A DNA stretch of 63,997 bases, filler included, from an uncultured bacterium (GTDB lineage Bacteria > DAOPZR01), in assembly GCA_964637655.1 (NCBI GenBank). It is 5 parts of 5 records of this genome, joined end to end, with 100 filler letters (N's around TTAATTAATTAA, not from the genome) between each part and the next. Parts side by side here need not be neighbours in the genome. Positions count along the whole stretch, not along the records: positions 42,208 to 56,041 come from CAZWUZ010000072.1; 4 more parts are not named here. One strand, written 5' to 3'. Below are positions 44,943 to 54,807 of this stretch, piece after piece. A program made the translations under genes and the position numbers. The notes under the pieces were generated by a model, which saw nothing but the letters and a program-made list of their open reading frames with translations, was not told where the DNA came from and made no database searches. Every line of letters begins with the position of its first letter. Position 1 is the stretch's first letter.

Positions 44943-47247
44943 AACGCAGGTCGGGCGCAGTGTCCGCAAACTCGACGGGCGCGGTCTCGTCACCGGGCGC
45001 GCCCGCTACACCGACGACGAACATCCTGCCGGACTGCTGCATGCCGTCGTGCTGCGCAGTCCGCACGCGCATGCCCGCCTGCGCGCCATCGATACCCGCG
45101 CCGCGAAAAAACTCCCCGGGGTGCATGCTGTCCTGACCTGGCGCGACCTGCCGCGCATCCCCATCACCACCGCGGGGCAGGGGTGTCCCGAACCTTCCCC
45201 GCTCGATTCTTTCATTCTCGACCATACCGTGCGCTTTGCCGGCGATCGCGTCGCCGCGGTGGCGGCGGAAACCGAAACTATTGCCCGCGCGGCCTGTGCG
45301 CTTATCCGCGTCGACTATGAACTGCTGCCGCCGGTCACAACCGTGGCCGCGGCGCTGGCGGATGGTGCGCCCGTCCTTCATCCCGAACCCGAGGCGACGG
45401 CGCTCATGCCGCTCGGGTTCGACCCGCAGCGCAATATCGCTGCGCAGGCGGCGATGGAGAGCGGCGATGTCGACGCCGGTCTGGCCGCGGCGGCAGTCAC
45501 GCTCGATGCCGCCTACGATACGCACCGCATCGCGCATGCCGCGCTCGAACCGCATGCCGCCATTGCCTGGCTCGATGCCGACAATCGCCTCGTCATCCGC
45601 TGCAGTACGCAGGTGCCGTTCCATGTCCGTCGCATCGTTGCCCGTGCCCTCGACCTTCCCGTCGCGCGCGTGCGCGTTATCAAGCCGCGCGTCGGTGGCG
45701 GCTTTGGCGGCAAGCAGGAAATCATCACCGAGGATCTCGCCGCGGCGCTGGCACTCGCCACCCGCCGTCCCGTGCGCTGCGTCCTGACCCGCGCGGAGCA
45801 GTTCCGCAGCGCGCGTACCCGCCATGCCATGCAGTTACGGGTGCGCGCCGGGCTGGTTGCTGACGGGACACTCACCGCGCTCGACCTTGGCATTATCATG
45901 GACAGCGGCGCCTATGGGGCGCACGCTTTTACCGCGTTGTGCAATGCCGGGAACAAGGTGCTGCCGCTCTGGCGCGCCCCCAATGTCCGTTTCCGCGGGA
46001 CCAGTGCCTACACGAACCTTCCTGTCGGTGGCGCTGCCCGCGGCTACGGCGCCCCGCAGGGACATTTTGCTGTCGGTTGCGCGCTCGACGAACTGGCGGA
46101 ACAGGTAGGAGTCGATCCCGCCGAATGCATCCGCCGCAACCACATCCGCGACGGCGACAGTTCGCCGGTATTCCGCGACCTGGGTGAACTGGGTGAAGGG
46201 CACGATCAGCCGATTGTCTCCTGCGGCCTGCCCGCCTGCCTCGATGCCGTCCTCGCCGCCTGCGACTGGCAGGCGAAGCGCGCGCAGTATCTGCGGGAAC
46301 GTGCGGGCGCGGCGCGCTGGAAGCGCGGCCTCGGGCTGGTCGCGCTGATGCAGGGGTCGGGCATCCCCAACATCGATCTGGGCGCAGTGTCGCTCAAGCT
46401 CAACGAGGACGGGTCGCTCAACCTGCTGGCGGGTGCCACGGATATCGGCACCGGGTCCGACACCGTGCTGGCGCAACTGGTCGCGCAGGAACTCGGCATC
46501 GCGACGGAGCAGGTCATCCCCTACTCGTCGGATACCGACCTGACCCCGTTCGACGCCGGCGCCTACGCGTCGAGCACCACCTACGTTTCGGGCAATGCCG
46601 CGGTCAAGGCGGCCCGCGCGCTCAAGGAGCAGGTGCTCGTCGCGGGGGCGGAACTGCTCGGCCTGCCCGTCAGCGCGGTGCAGTATGCTGACGGTGCCGT
46701 GTATGGCGGCGGGCGGTCGCTTACCCTCGCGGAAATCGGGCGGGTCACGCTCTATGGCGAACACCAGCGGCAACTCGCCGCCCATGCCTCACATTGCGCG
46801 CCGCAGTCGCCGCCCCCCTTTGCCGCGCACGTGGCGGAAATCGAACTCGATACGCTTACCGGCATTATCCGTGTGCTGCATTATTGGAGTGCCACCGACT
46901 GCGGCACGGTGGTCAATCCCGCGCTCGCCCGCGGGCAGGTCGAGGGGAGCATCGCCATGGGACTTGGTTTTGCGCTCAGCGAAGAGTACCTCCTTGACGC
47001 GCGCGGCAGCATGCGCAATGCCTCCTTCTCGTGGTACCGCATCCCCGGCATGCGCGACCTGCCGCCGCTGACCACGCTGCTCGTTGCGGGACGCGAACCG
47101 TCGGGGCCGCACGGGGCTAAAAGCATCGGCGAAATCAGCACGTCGGGCCCTGCGCCCGCTATCGCCAACGCAGTGGCCTGCGCCTGCGGCCTCCGCCTGC
47201 GCGCGCTGCCGTTCACCCCGCCGCGCGTCTGGCAGGCGCTGCGCTGA
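44935..47247 (+). CDS. xanthine dehydrogenase family molybdopterin-binding subunit
   Basis: 'STQVPFH', 'GGGFGGKQ', 'RGYGAPQ', 'AYASSTT', 'AKSIGE'. Confidence 0.93.
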   Translation: MTETQVGRSVRKLDGRGLVTGRARYTDDEHPAGLLHAVVLRSPHAHARLRAIDTRAAKKLPGVHAVLTWRDLPRIPITTAGQGCPEPSPLDSFILDHTVRFAGDRVAAVAAETETIARAACALIRVDYELLPPVTTVAAALADGAPVLHPEPEATALMPLGFDPQRNIAAQAAMESGDVDAGLAAAAVTLDAAYDTHRIAHAALEPHAAIAWLDADNRLVIRCSTQVPFHVRRIVARALDLPVARVRVIKPRVGGGFGGKQEIITEDLAAALALATRRPVRCVLTRAEQFRSARTRHAMQLRVRAGLVADGTLTALDLGIIMDSGAYGAHAFTALCNAGNKVLPLWRAPNVRFRGTSAYTNLPVGGAARGYGAPQGHFAVGCALDELAEQVGVDPAECIRRNHIRDGDSSPVFRDLGELGEGHDQPIVSCGLPACLDAVLAACDWQAKRAQYLRERAGAARWKRGLGLVALMQGSGIPNIDLGAVSLKLNEDGSLNLLAGATDIGTGSDTVLAQLVAQELGIATEQVIPYSSDTDLTPFDAGAYASSTTYVSGNAAVKAARALKEQVLVAGAELLGLPVSAVQYADGAVYGGGRSLTLAEIGRVTLYGEHQRQLAAHASHCAPQSPPPFAAHVAEIELDTLTGIIRVLHYWSATDCGTVVNPALARGQVEGSIAMGLGFALSEEYLLDARGSMRNASFSWYRIPGMRDLPPLTTLLVAGREPSGPHGAKSIGEISTSGPAPAIANAVACACGLRLRALPFTPPRVWQALR

Positions 47248-47277
47248 CCCGCGTGTTAGGCAAGTAGTTCACATGTT

Positions 47278-47322
47278 CCCCTCTCCCCGAGGGAGAGGAA
47301 GCCGCGTAGCGGCAGGTGAGGG
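47278..47322. repeat. REP-like element (reverse copy of the CCCTCACC family)
   Basis: CCCCTCTCCCCGAGGGAGAGG...GGTGAGGG. Confidence 0.7.
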
Positions 47323-47608
47323 AAAATACGCGAGTATTTCAGTTGCAGTCGCGCTCAAAATATGCGATAAGGGTGGCGCCGCGCAAGCGGCGGTTGCACG
47401 CCTGGCCTTTGGGAAAAAAGGTTCGGTACCGCGTACCATCGAGGGGACGCGGCGCGTGCACACGGAGGTCGTACAACGCGAACGCCGCTGTTGCCGGATG
47501 GTGTCGGGGGACACCTCGCGGCGGCAGCGGTGATTTTTTTTGCCCGGTCCATCCACGCGTCAGCCCGCGCGCCATGGCGGCGACTGGCGTACCGCAGAGG
47601 TGAAGAAC

Positions 47609-48154
47609 ATGCAGGATAATACATCCCGCCCGCAATGGGGCATCGGCACCGTGGTCAATCACGCGCGCTTCGGCGGCGGACGCATTCTTGGCTATGACGG
47701 CGACCGCTACGTCGTCGCGTTCAAGGGGGGCGATATCCAGCGCTACGAGTTCACTGACCTCGCCCTGCGCGAGGTGGCGCGCCGTGGCGATCCCGACTAT
47801 GATCGCGTCCTGCAGGCGGTGCGCGAGGTGCTTGGTGACGCCGGCTGGGTGGCAGCGGAGACCGAACTCGGCCAGCGCTGGGCCGGCGGCACCCTGCGCC
47901 TCATCCCCGGGAAAGAGGGGCTGCAGCCCAAGGATGTTCCCATCGAGACCTTCTTCAAAAAACTCATCGGTACCCGCGATAAACTGCGCGTGCTCGAGCA
48001 GAAACTCAATGCGCATCCGCACCTCTCCCCCGAGGATAAGCTTGACTTGCAGGGCTATGTCACCCGCTGCTACGGGTCGCTGACCACCTTCAACATCCTC
48101 TTCGCCGAGAAGGAATCGCAGTTTACCGGCCAGAAGGACAAAGAGAGCGAATAG
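47609..48154 (+). CDS. hypothetical protein with an N-terminal Tudor/SH3-like motif
   Basis: 'IGTVVNHARFGGGRI' and C-terminal 'RDKLRVLEQKLN...YGSLTTFNILF'. Confidence 0.7.
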   Translation: MQDNTSRPQWGIGTVVNHARFGGGRILGYDGDRYVVAFKGGDIQRYEFTDLALREVARRGDPDYDRVLQAVREVLGDAGWVAAETELGQRWAGGTLRLIPGKEGLQPKDVPIETFFKKLIGTRDKLRVLEQKLNAHPHLSPEDKLDLQGYVTRCYGSLTTFNILFAEKESQFTGQKDKESE

Positions 48155-48243
48155 TTGACAACCGGCACCGATACCATCTAATATATTGGGCGGCGCGTTT
48201 GCGCCATGTGGGGATGGTGCGCCTGCGGGCGCGGAGGTGACGG

Positions 48244-49041
48244 ATGATACGTGAGTACTACCGGCCGAAAAGCGTGAAAGAAGCGGTTGCGCTCAAGGCG
48301 AAACTGAAACAGGCGGCGTACCTGGGCGGGGGGACGGAACTCAACTCCTCCTATACTACCGCCAAGCCACTGGCGGTGATTGCCCTTGACGGACTGAAAC
48401 TCGACGGCTGCAAAAAGACGGCGGCAGGTGTCAGCATCGGTGCGTGCGTCACGCTGCAGGCGCTGGCAGACAGCACAAAGGTGCCACCGGCGCTGCGCGT
48501 GGCGGTAGCGCAGGTAATCAACCGCAATGTGCGCAATGTCGCCACGCTCGGCGGCAATATCGGCGGCAACAAGTCCTGCTCCAACCTCATTCCGACGCTG
48601 CTCGCGCTCGGGGCGAAACTCAAGGTGGCGGGCAAAACCGGGACGAAGACCGTCGCGCTCGAGGACTACCTGCAGAAACCGCAGGGGCTCATCGTCAGCG
48701 TCGAACTGCCCAAAACGAAGGCGAAGGTCGCGTCGCGCGTCTTCCGCCGCACCGCCAACGACATCTCGCTGATTGTCGTCGCGGTCGGCATCACGCAGGT
48801 CAAGGGCGTGGTCACGGACGCGGTGGTGGCGGTCGGCGGGGTCAACAAGACCGTGGTGCGCCTGCGCCGCGTCGAACAGGGACTGCTCGACGTGGTGGTG
48901 CCGCACGACGACAGTATCGCGGCCGATGTGGCGAAGGACAAACTGGTCGTGACGAAGTCCGACATCCGCGGCAGCGCGGAATTCAAGCGCCATCTGGCCG
49001 GCGTCCTCGTGGCGGAAGCGGTGGCGGAGGCGGTGCTCTGA
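48244..49041 (+). CDS. FAD-binding subunit, YgfM-like
   Basis: 'YLGGGTELN', 'RNVATLGGNI', 'DIRGSAEFKR'. Confidence 0.85.
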   Translation: MIREYYRPKSVKEAVALKAKLKQAAYLGGGTELNSSYTTAKPLAVIALDGLKLDGCKKTAAGVSIGACVTLQALADSTKVPPALRVAVAQVINRNVRNVATLGGNIGGNKSCSNLIPTLLALGAKLKVAGKTGTKTVALEDYLQKPQGLIVSVELPKTKAKVASRVFRRTANDISLIVVAVGITQVKGVVTDAVVAVGGVNKTVVRLRRVEQGLLDVVVPHDDSIAADVAKDKLVVTKSDIRGSAEFKRHLAGVLVAEAVAEAVL

Positions 49042-51914
49042 TGCAGATCGAATTCACGCTCAACGGCATCCTGCGGAAACTCGACACCGAACCCGGCGCC
49101 TGCGTGCGCGACCTGCTGCAGCGCGAAGGCGTGGTCTCCGTGCGCAACGGCTGCGACGGGCAGGGCTCATGCGGCAACTGCGCCGTGCTGCTCGACGGCA
49201 AACTCGTCAACTCCTGCCTGCTGGTGGCAGCGCAACTCGACGGCCACGATGTGGTCACCGTCGACTACTACAGCCGGCAGCGGACGCTGACCGCGGTGCA
49301 GTCGTCGCTGGTCGACGCGGGCGTGGTGCAGTGCGGCTACTGCACGCCGGCCATGGTACTCGCTGTTGAGGAACTCCTCGGGCGCGTCAAGGCGCCGACC
49401 AAGGATGAGGTCAAGGACGCCCTCTCGGGTATTTTCTGCCGCTGCACGGGGTACGAGCAACTCTTCCTCGCGGTCGACATGGCGGTCAAACGCCTCAACG
49501 ACCCGGACTACACCCCGGTGGTCGCCCCGTCGTTCCGCGACGACACCCGCGTGGTGGGCAAGCCGAAGCGCAAGGTGGACGGGCCCAAACTCGTGCGCGG
49601 CGAGCGCGCCTTCGTCGAAGACATGGTGCCGCGCGACGCCTGCCGCATGAAGGTGTTGCGCTCACCCTACGCGCATGCCTATATCAAGGACATCGACACC
49701 AGCGCGGCGGAGAAAATCCCGGGGGTGGTCTATATCCTCACCCATAAGAACTGCCCGGACATCTGGTACAACCAGGCGGGGCAGGGGTTCCCCGAGCCGT
49801 CACCGTACGACCGCAAGCTGGTCGGGCGCAAGATGCTGCATGTCGGCGATCGCGTCGCGGCCATCGTCGCTGAAACCGAGGAAATCGCGCTCGCGGCGAT
49901 GAAGAAGATCAAGATCAAATGGGAAGTGCTCAAGCCCGTCCTCACCATCGAAGATGCCGCAGCACCGGGCGCCCCGGTCGTCCATAAGAGTGAGGTCGAG
50001 TACGTCGTTGGTGCGCCGGACAACCTCAAGGCCTACAACAAGCAGGCGGACCCGCGCGACGGGAAGATCATCTACCAGTTTCCCATCCACGGTGATCCGC
50101 ACCGCAACATCGCTGCGGGGGTCGCCGGCGGCATCGGCGACGTGGAAAAGGGCCTCGCGGAGGCGGACGTCGTTATCGAGCGTGAATACGAGAGTACGCA
50201 GATCCAGTGCACCCCGGCGGAACCGCATGTCGTCTACTGCCGCATGGACGGCGACCGGCTCGTCATCCACGCTTCCACGCAGGTGCCGTGGCATTTGCGG
50301 CGCATTGTCGCGCGCGTGCTCGGCGGAGTGGACGAGAACCGCATCCGCGTCATCAAGGAGCGCGTCGGTGGCGGGTTCGGCTCCAAGCAGGACATCGTGC
50401 TCGAGGAACTCGTTGCCTACCTCACGTGGACGACAGGCCGCCCCATCTACCAGCGGTTTACCCGCGAAGAGGAATTCATCGCTTCGCGCACGCGCCACGT
50501 GATGAAGATCAAGGTCAAACTCGGGGCGAAGAAGGACGGGCGGCTCACCGCGGTCTACATGGACCTGCGCGCCAATACCGGCCCGTACGGTTCGCATTGC
50601 CTCACCGTGCCGATGAACGCCTGCTCCAAGTCGCTCCCGCTGTTCCTCTGCGACAACATGGGCTTCAAGGTGACCACCTACTACTCCAATATCCCGCCGA
50701 CGGGCGCCTATCAGGGCTATGGCGCGCCCAAGGGATCGTTCGCGCTGCAACTGGCCGCCGCGGAACTGGCGGAAAAACTGGGCATGGACCATCTCGCATT
50801 TATCGAGCAGAACCGCGTGCGTGACGGGGTGATGCTGGAAATCCTGCGCTGTCTCGGCGAGGGGCGCGAAGGCACGCCGCAGCGCGTGTCGAGCTGCGGA
50901 CTGGAACCCGCGCTCAAGCGCGGCGCCGAAATGATCAAGTGGGGAAAGAAGGAAACCGCTGCCGACCCGCACATCAAAATCGGCAAGGGCTTCGCCATCA
51001 TCCAGCAGGGCTCGGGACTCCCCGGCCTCGATTCCGCCAATGCCGAGGTGAAACTCCTCTCTGACGGGAGTTTCATGCTGCTTTCGGGCGGCACTGACCT
51101 GGGGACCGGGCTCGATACCGTCACGGTGAAATTCGCCGCGGAAGTGCTCTGTGTCGACATGAACAAGGTGAGCATCATCGCCGCCGATACCGATATCACC
51201 CCGTTCGACGTGGGCGCCTACGCCTCCAGCGGCACCTACTTCTCGGGCGCCGCCGCGATGAATGCCGCCAAGGACATGAAGGCGAAACTCATCCGCGAGG
51301 CGGCGAAGTTGCTGGGCGAGCCGGAAGCGGATCTGGTGCTCGAGTATCCGGGGTTCGTGAAAGGCAAAAAGGGCAAAGTGTCGTACTGGGATATCGCCCA
51401 CAATGCCGAGACGGGCGTCGGCTGCGGTGCGCTGTCAGGGCTCGGACATTTCACCACGGATAACGCGTCGTTTCCTTACGGTGCGCACTTCGCGCAGGTG
51501 TCGGTCAACACGAAGACGGGGTTGGTCACGGTGCAGAAGTATTTTGCGCTGCAGGACTGCGGCACGCCGGTCAATCCCGAACTCGCGCTCGGCCAGATCT
51601 ACGGGGGTGCGCTCAAAACCATCGGGCACTCGCTGTACGAGGAGATGATCCTCGACAAGGACGGCCGCTGCCTCAACGCCAACCTGCTCGACTACAAGGT
51701 GCCGATGATCGGCGATATCCCCGAGGACTTCAGGGCGGAACTGGTCTTTACCGACGATCCGTTCGGTCCCTTTGGCAGCAAGTCGATCTCGGAGATAGCC
51801 TGCAACGGCGCCGCGCCGGCCATTGCCGATGCCATCCACGACGCCATCGGCGTCTGGATCCGCGACTGGCCCTTCAGCCCGGAAAAGGTGTTGCGTCATT
51901 TGGGAAAGTTGTAG
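49041..51914 (+). CDS. fused (2Fe-2S)/molybdopterin oxidoreductase, XdhD(YgfN)-like
   Basis: N-terminal 'GCDGQGSCGNC', 'QCGYCTP', 'CRCTGY' fused to a Mo domain with 'GGGFGSKQ', 'YQGYGAPKG', 'KSISE'. Confidence 0.9.
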   Translation: MQIEFTLNGILRKLDTEPGACVRDLLQREGVVSVRNGCDGQGSCGNCAVLLDGKLVNSCLLVAAQLDGHDVVTVDYYSRQRTLTAVQSSLVDAGVVQCGYCTPAMVLAVEELLGRVKAPTKDEVKDALSGIFCRCTGYEQLFLAVDMAVKRLNDPDYTPVVAPSFRDDTRVVGKPKRKVDGPKLVRGERAFVEDMVPRDACRMKVLRSPYAHAYIKDIDTSAAEKIPGVVYILTHKNCPDIWYNQAGQGFPEPSPYDRKLVGRKMLHVGDRVAAIVAETEEIALAAMKKIKIKWEVLKPVLTIEDAAAPGAPVVHKSEVEYVVGAPDNLKAYNKQADPRDGKIIYQFPIHGDPHRNIAAGVAGGIGDVEKGLAEADVVIEREYESTQIQCTPAEPHVVYCRMDGDRLVIHASTQVPWHLRRIVARVLGGVDENRIRVIKERVGGGFGSKQDIVLEELVAYLTWTTGRPIYQRFTREEEFIASRTRHVMKIKVKLGAKKDGRLTAVYMDLRANTGPYGSHCLTVPMNACSKSLPLFLCDNMGFKVTTYYSNIPPTGAYQGYGAPKGSFALQLAAAELAEKLGMDHLAFIEQNRVRDGVMLEILRCLGEGREGTPQRVSSCGLEPALKRGAEMIKWGKKETAADPHIKIGKGFAIIQQGSGLPGLDSANAEVKLLSDGSFMLLSGGTDLGTGLDTVTVKFAAEVLCVDMNKVSIIAADTDITPFDVGAYASSGTYFSGAAAMNAAKDMKAKLIREAAKLLGEPEADLVLEYPGFVKGKKGKVSYWDIAHNAETGVGCGALSGLGHFTTDNASFPYGAHFAQVSVNTKTGLVTVQKYFALQDCGTPVNPELALGQIYGGALKTIGHSLYEEMILDKDGRCLNANLLDYKVPMIGDIPEDFRAELVFTDDPFGPFGSKSISEIACNGAAPAIADAIHDAIGVWIRDWPFSPEKVLRHLGKL

Positions 51915-51917
51915 CGC

Positions 51918-52631
51918 GTGTCAAAGATCCGTTTGCTGCCGCGTCATTTGGTCTGCCAGCACCTGGAAAATCTGTCGCGTGCGGCATTGGAAGAACAACA
52001 GGAAATCATCCGCGATTTCGTGCGTAATCGGCACGGTTTGTATGCGTTGTACCGTAACGACCGCCTGTATTACGTTGGCCTGGCATCCAATCTGCGTTCG
52101 CGACTGACGGCACATTTGCGTGACCGCCACCGCGATACGTGGAACCGTTTCAGCGTGTATTTGACTATCGGTGATGACCGTTTGCGTGAATTGGAAGCGC
52201 TGGTTGTGCGCATAGCGCAACCGGGGGGCAACCGGCAGAAGGGTAAGTTGTCGAAGTCACAGGATCTGCGCACGTTGTTTCGTCGGCGCATGAATGAATG
52301 CCACAAGCAGAAAATCGCGTCTATGATGGGGGATTCCCCCCGGCGGCGTGCGCTTCCCGGAAGCAAACAACGCGCGACCGGCACCGGCAGGGTGCCCGCG
52401 TTGGCAAAATATTCACGGCAGCCGTTTCGTTTGCGCTGGCACTTCAAGGGCAAACTGTACCGCGCCGCGGTTCGTCGTGACGGCACCATACGCGTTCACG
52501 GGAAAAATTATAATTCTCCGTCTATGGCCGCCTATGCGCTGCGTCATCGTCCGACCAACGGCTGGTTAGTGTGGGAATTCGAGCGTGCGCCTGGTGACTG
52601 GGTAAAACTCGATATTCTGCGGAAAAGGTGA
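51918..52631 (+). CDS. GIY-YIG nuclease fused to a RAMA-like domain
   Basis: 'GLYALY...YYVGLASNLRSRLTAH...ELEALVV'; C-terminal 'GKNYNSPSMAA...TNGWLVW'. Confidence 0.75.
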   Translation: MSKIRLLPRHLVCQHLENLSRAALEEQQEIIRDFVRNRHGLYALYRNDRLYYVGLASNLRSRLTAHLRDRHRDTWNRFSVYLTIGDDRLRELEALVVRIAQPGGNRQKGKLSKSQDLRTLFRRRMNECHKQKIASMMGDSPRRRALPGSKQRATGTGRVPALAKYSRQPFRLRWHFKGKLYRAAVRRDGTIRVHGKNYNSPSMAAYALRHRPTNGWLVWEFERAPGDWVKLDILRKR

Positions 52632-52693
52632 CGCATGACCGCAACACAAAACGTCTGATCAATGACTATGGTGCAGGCCTTTTGTGATGTGGA

Positions 52694-54502
52694 CTACAGG
52701 TTTTCTTCGGTATAGAGGGTCAGTTCGAGCAGGCGCTCGAGCAATTGCTCGGCGGGCATTCCCGGAAAATTGTGCAGCACCAGTTCCTTGCTGAATAACC
52801 GACAGATATAGCGCACCTTGCGCGCGGCGCTGCGGGCGGCATAGACAAAGTCGCGGTGCCCGCTGTTGACCACCACCACATTATGCTCACGGTCATAGCG
52901 CGACCGCCACAGTTCGCCGGGCGCTGATTGCAGTGTGTAATTCGGCAGGCCTGGCAGCACTCCCGTGCTGCGCGTTGCCAGCAGTTCATCGGTTACCGTC
53001 AGCAGGCATTCCGCGGTGACAACGGTGTCTTCTTCGCTGACCGTGACCGACAACCGCACGAGGCAGGGTTCAGCCGGCGCGGTGAAGGTCACGGTTTCTG
53101 TGTTGTCGGCATCGAGTGAACCGCCGCCCTCGATGATATGCCAGTCGATGCGCAGCGCGCGCTCGAGGCGGCGGCGTGACTTATCACGCGCGACCACGGT
53201 AAGCCGGCGCGTGGCGGCAACGCGCACCACGGCGGAGGCGGGGGCAATGCGTGCGCTGAACAGCGGCCCGGCATGCGCGAAAAACGCCAGTTGCCGGTCG
53301 TCCGGTTCGATACCGTCCGGCGCCGCCAGGGGTTCACCGCCCGGTGTACCGGGGACGCAGATGCCCGGGGCGCTCTCCACACTGGCCGTGCCGCCACCAC
53401 CGGGCGCACCCGGCCGCCCGGCGCGTCCCGCCATGGCAAACCAGTCGTACTCCTCGGCCGGCAGGGTCAGCAGCGCTTCGCGCAGCGCGCGCTGCACGGT
53501 GCGCAGCGTGTCGCGGCTGGTCTTTTCCTCAGCGGCCTGCCGTTGCGCAGCGATGACGGCCTGCAGTTCAGCGGCCAGTGGCGCGCAGGCGGTGACGGCC
53601 TCGCTGAACGCGGCGTCCTGAATGACCCCGTCGCGCGTGCCCGGGGTCAGGTTGAGAAACGGGATGTCGATGATCCCCTGCAGGCAATGCGCGTTCCACG
53701 GTTCCGCGGCAAAATGCGGCAGGCGCGTGATGTCCTCGAGCACACGCGTGCCGTTGCGGTACAGGCCGATGCGATTCTCCGGGTTGGTTTCGTTGAGATA
53801 CAGTTCGCAGTAGAGGTCACCCTGCGGCGCGCGCAGCGTCGGCAGATGGTGCAGCAGGCGCCCGTTGAACTGGCGCGGCTCGACCGGGTACTCGCGGCGT
53901 GCGTTGCGGTCGATGATGCGGATGCGCACTCCCGTGGTGCGGATGCGGTCGCGCAGTTCCGCGGCAAGATACCACTGGATTTTCTCTCCGGAGAGCGAGC
54001 GCAGGCCGGCGAGTAACGGCGTGATCAGCAAATCGGTGCCGCGTGTTTCCACCAATGCGCGCGCCCGGCGGATCTGGAAGCCCGGTTCGCCGCGTTGCAG
54101 GCGCATTTGCCATGCCGTGCCGTCAGCCCCGGCGGATGTCATGGTTAGTGCCTCACCGACTGTCCAGAAACTGAGCAGCCCGATGCCGAATTCGCCCTGC
54201 AGTCCGGATGCACCCTCATGCTTGAGCCGGCGCTTGAGCGAATCACAGACATGAGTGGCGACATAGCGAAAATCGGGGATGCCGTCGTGGTCGCGAGGGA
54301 TTCCCTCGCCGTCGTCGGTCAAACGCAGGTACTGCTGGCCCCGTTCGCGTCCGCGCACAATGGTGATGGTGTGTGCTTTCGCGTCTATGCTGTTCTCGAC
54401 AAACTCGGCGATGGCTTTCAGCGGGTTGTTCTGGGACAGGGCGATGATGGTGATGGCGTTCCAGCTGTCCCCGATGCGGAGTTCGCCGGCAATGCCGCTC
54501 AC
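52694..54502 (-). CDS. GHKL (MutL/MORC/Hsp90-like) ATPase with an Ig-like insert
   Basis: 'AIAEFVENSIDA', 'DDGEGI', 'GEFGIGLLS', 'RGTDLLI'; no HisKA motif. Confidence 0.8.
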   Translation of the reverse strand: MSGIAGELRIGDSWNAITIIALSQNNPLKAIAEFVENSIDAKAHTITIVRGRERGQQYLRLTDDGEGIPRDHDGIPDFRYVATHVCDSLKRRLKHEGASGLQGEFGIGLLSFWTVGEALTMTSAGADGTAWQMRLQRGEPGFQIRRARALVETRGTDLLITPLLAGLRSLSGEKIQWYLAAELRDRIRTTGVRIRIIDRNARREYPVEPRQFNGRLLHHLPTLRAPQGDLYCELYLNETNPENRIGLYRNGTRVLEDITRLPHFAAEPWNAHCLQGIIDIPFLNLTPGTRDGVIQDAAFSEAVTACAPLAAELQAVIAAQRQAAEEKTSRDTLRTVQRALREALLTLPAEEYDWFAMAGRAGRPGAPGGGGTASVESAPGICVPGTPGGEPLAAPDGIEPDDRQLAFFAHAGPLFSARIAPASAVVRVAATRRLTVVARDKSRRRLERALRIDWHIIEGGGSLDADNTETVTFTAPAEPCLVRLSVTVSEEDTVVTAECLLTVTDELLATRSTGVLPGLPNYTLQSAPGELWRSRYDREHNVVVVNSGHRDFVYAARSAARKVRYICRLFSKELVLHNFPGMPAEQLLERLLELTLYTEENL

Positions 54503-54795
54503 GCGAGGGTGAGCACCTGGTCGAGTCCCGAGATCTTGAAGACCTTGAGCACGTCGGGGGAGCAGCCGCGGAGACAGAACCGCTCCTTGCCCGTCACCTT
54601 GGCGGTCTTCACGCAGAGGCGGAGAAACGCCGAGGAGACGAACGCCACCTGCGCCAGGTCGAAGACCACGCTGCGGTCGCGCACCTGCTCCAGTTCACCC
54701 TGCACCGCGAGTTCGTCCTTCATCACGGTCATGGCGTCGAGGCGCCCCGAAAAGGCGCAGGTAATCGTGCTGTCAGTGGATGTGCAGGTGACCAT
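54499..54795 (-). CDS. STAS-domain protein (anti-sigma factor antagonist)
   Basis: 'SGRLDA', 'FDLAQVAFVSSAFLR', 'VFKISGLD'. Confidence 0.9.
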   Translation of the reverse strand: MVTCTSTDSTITCAFSGRLDAMTVMKDELAVQGELEQVRDRSVVFDLAQVAFVSSAFLRLCVKTAKVTGKERFCLRGCSPDVLKVFKISGLDQVLTLA

Positions 54796-54807
54796 GGCGG
54801 TCCTCCC

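Noticed and set aside
48444-49040. Long N-terminal extension of the 1156-aa XdhD-like ORF (similar extensions on bioA, bioF and the radical SAM gene)
   Set aside because: It overlaps the upstream gene in another frame; the real starts are at the stop/start overlaps
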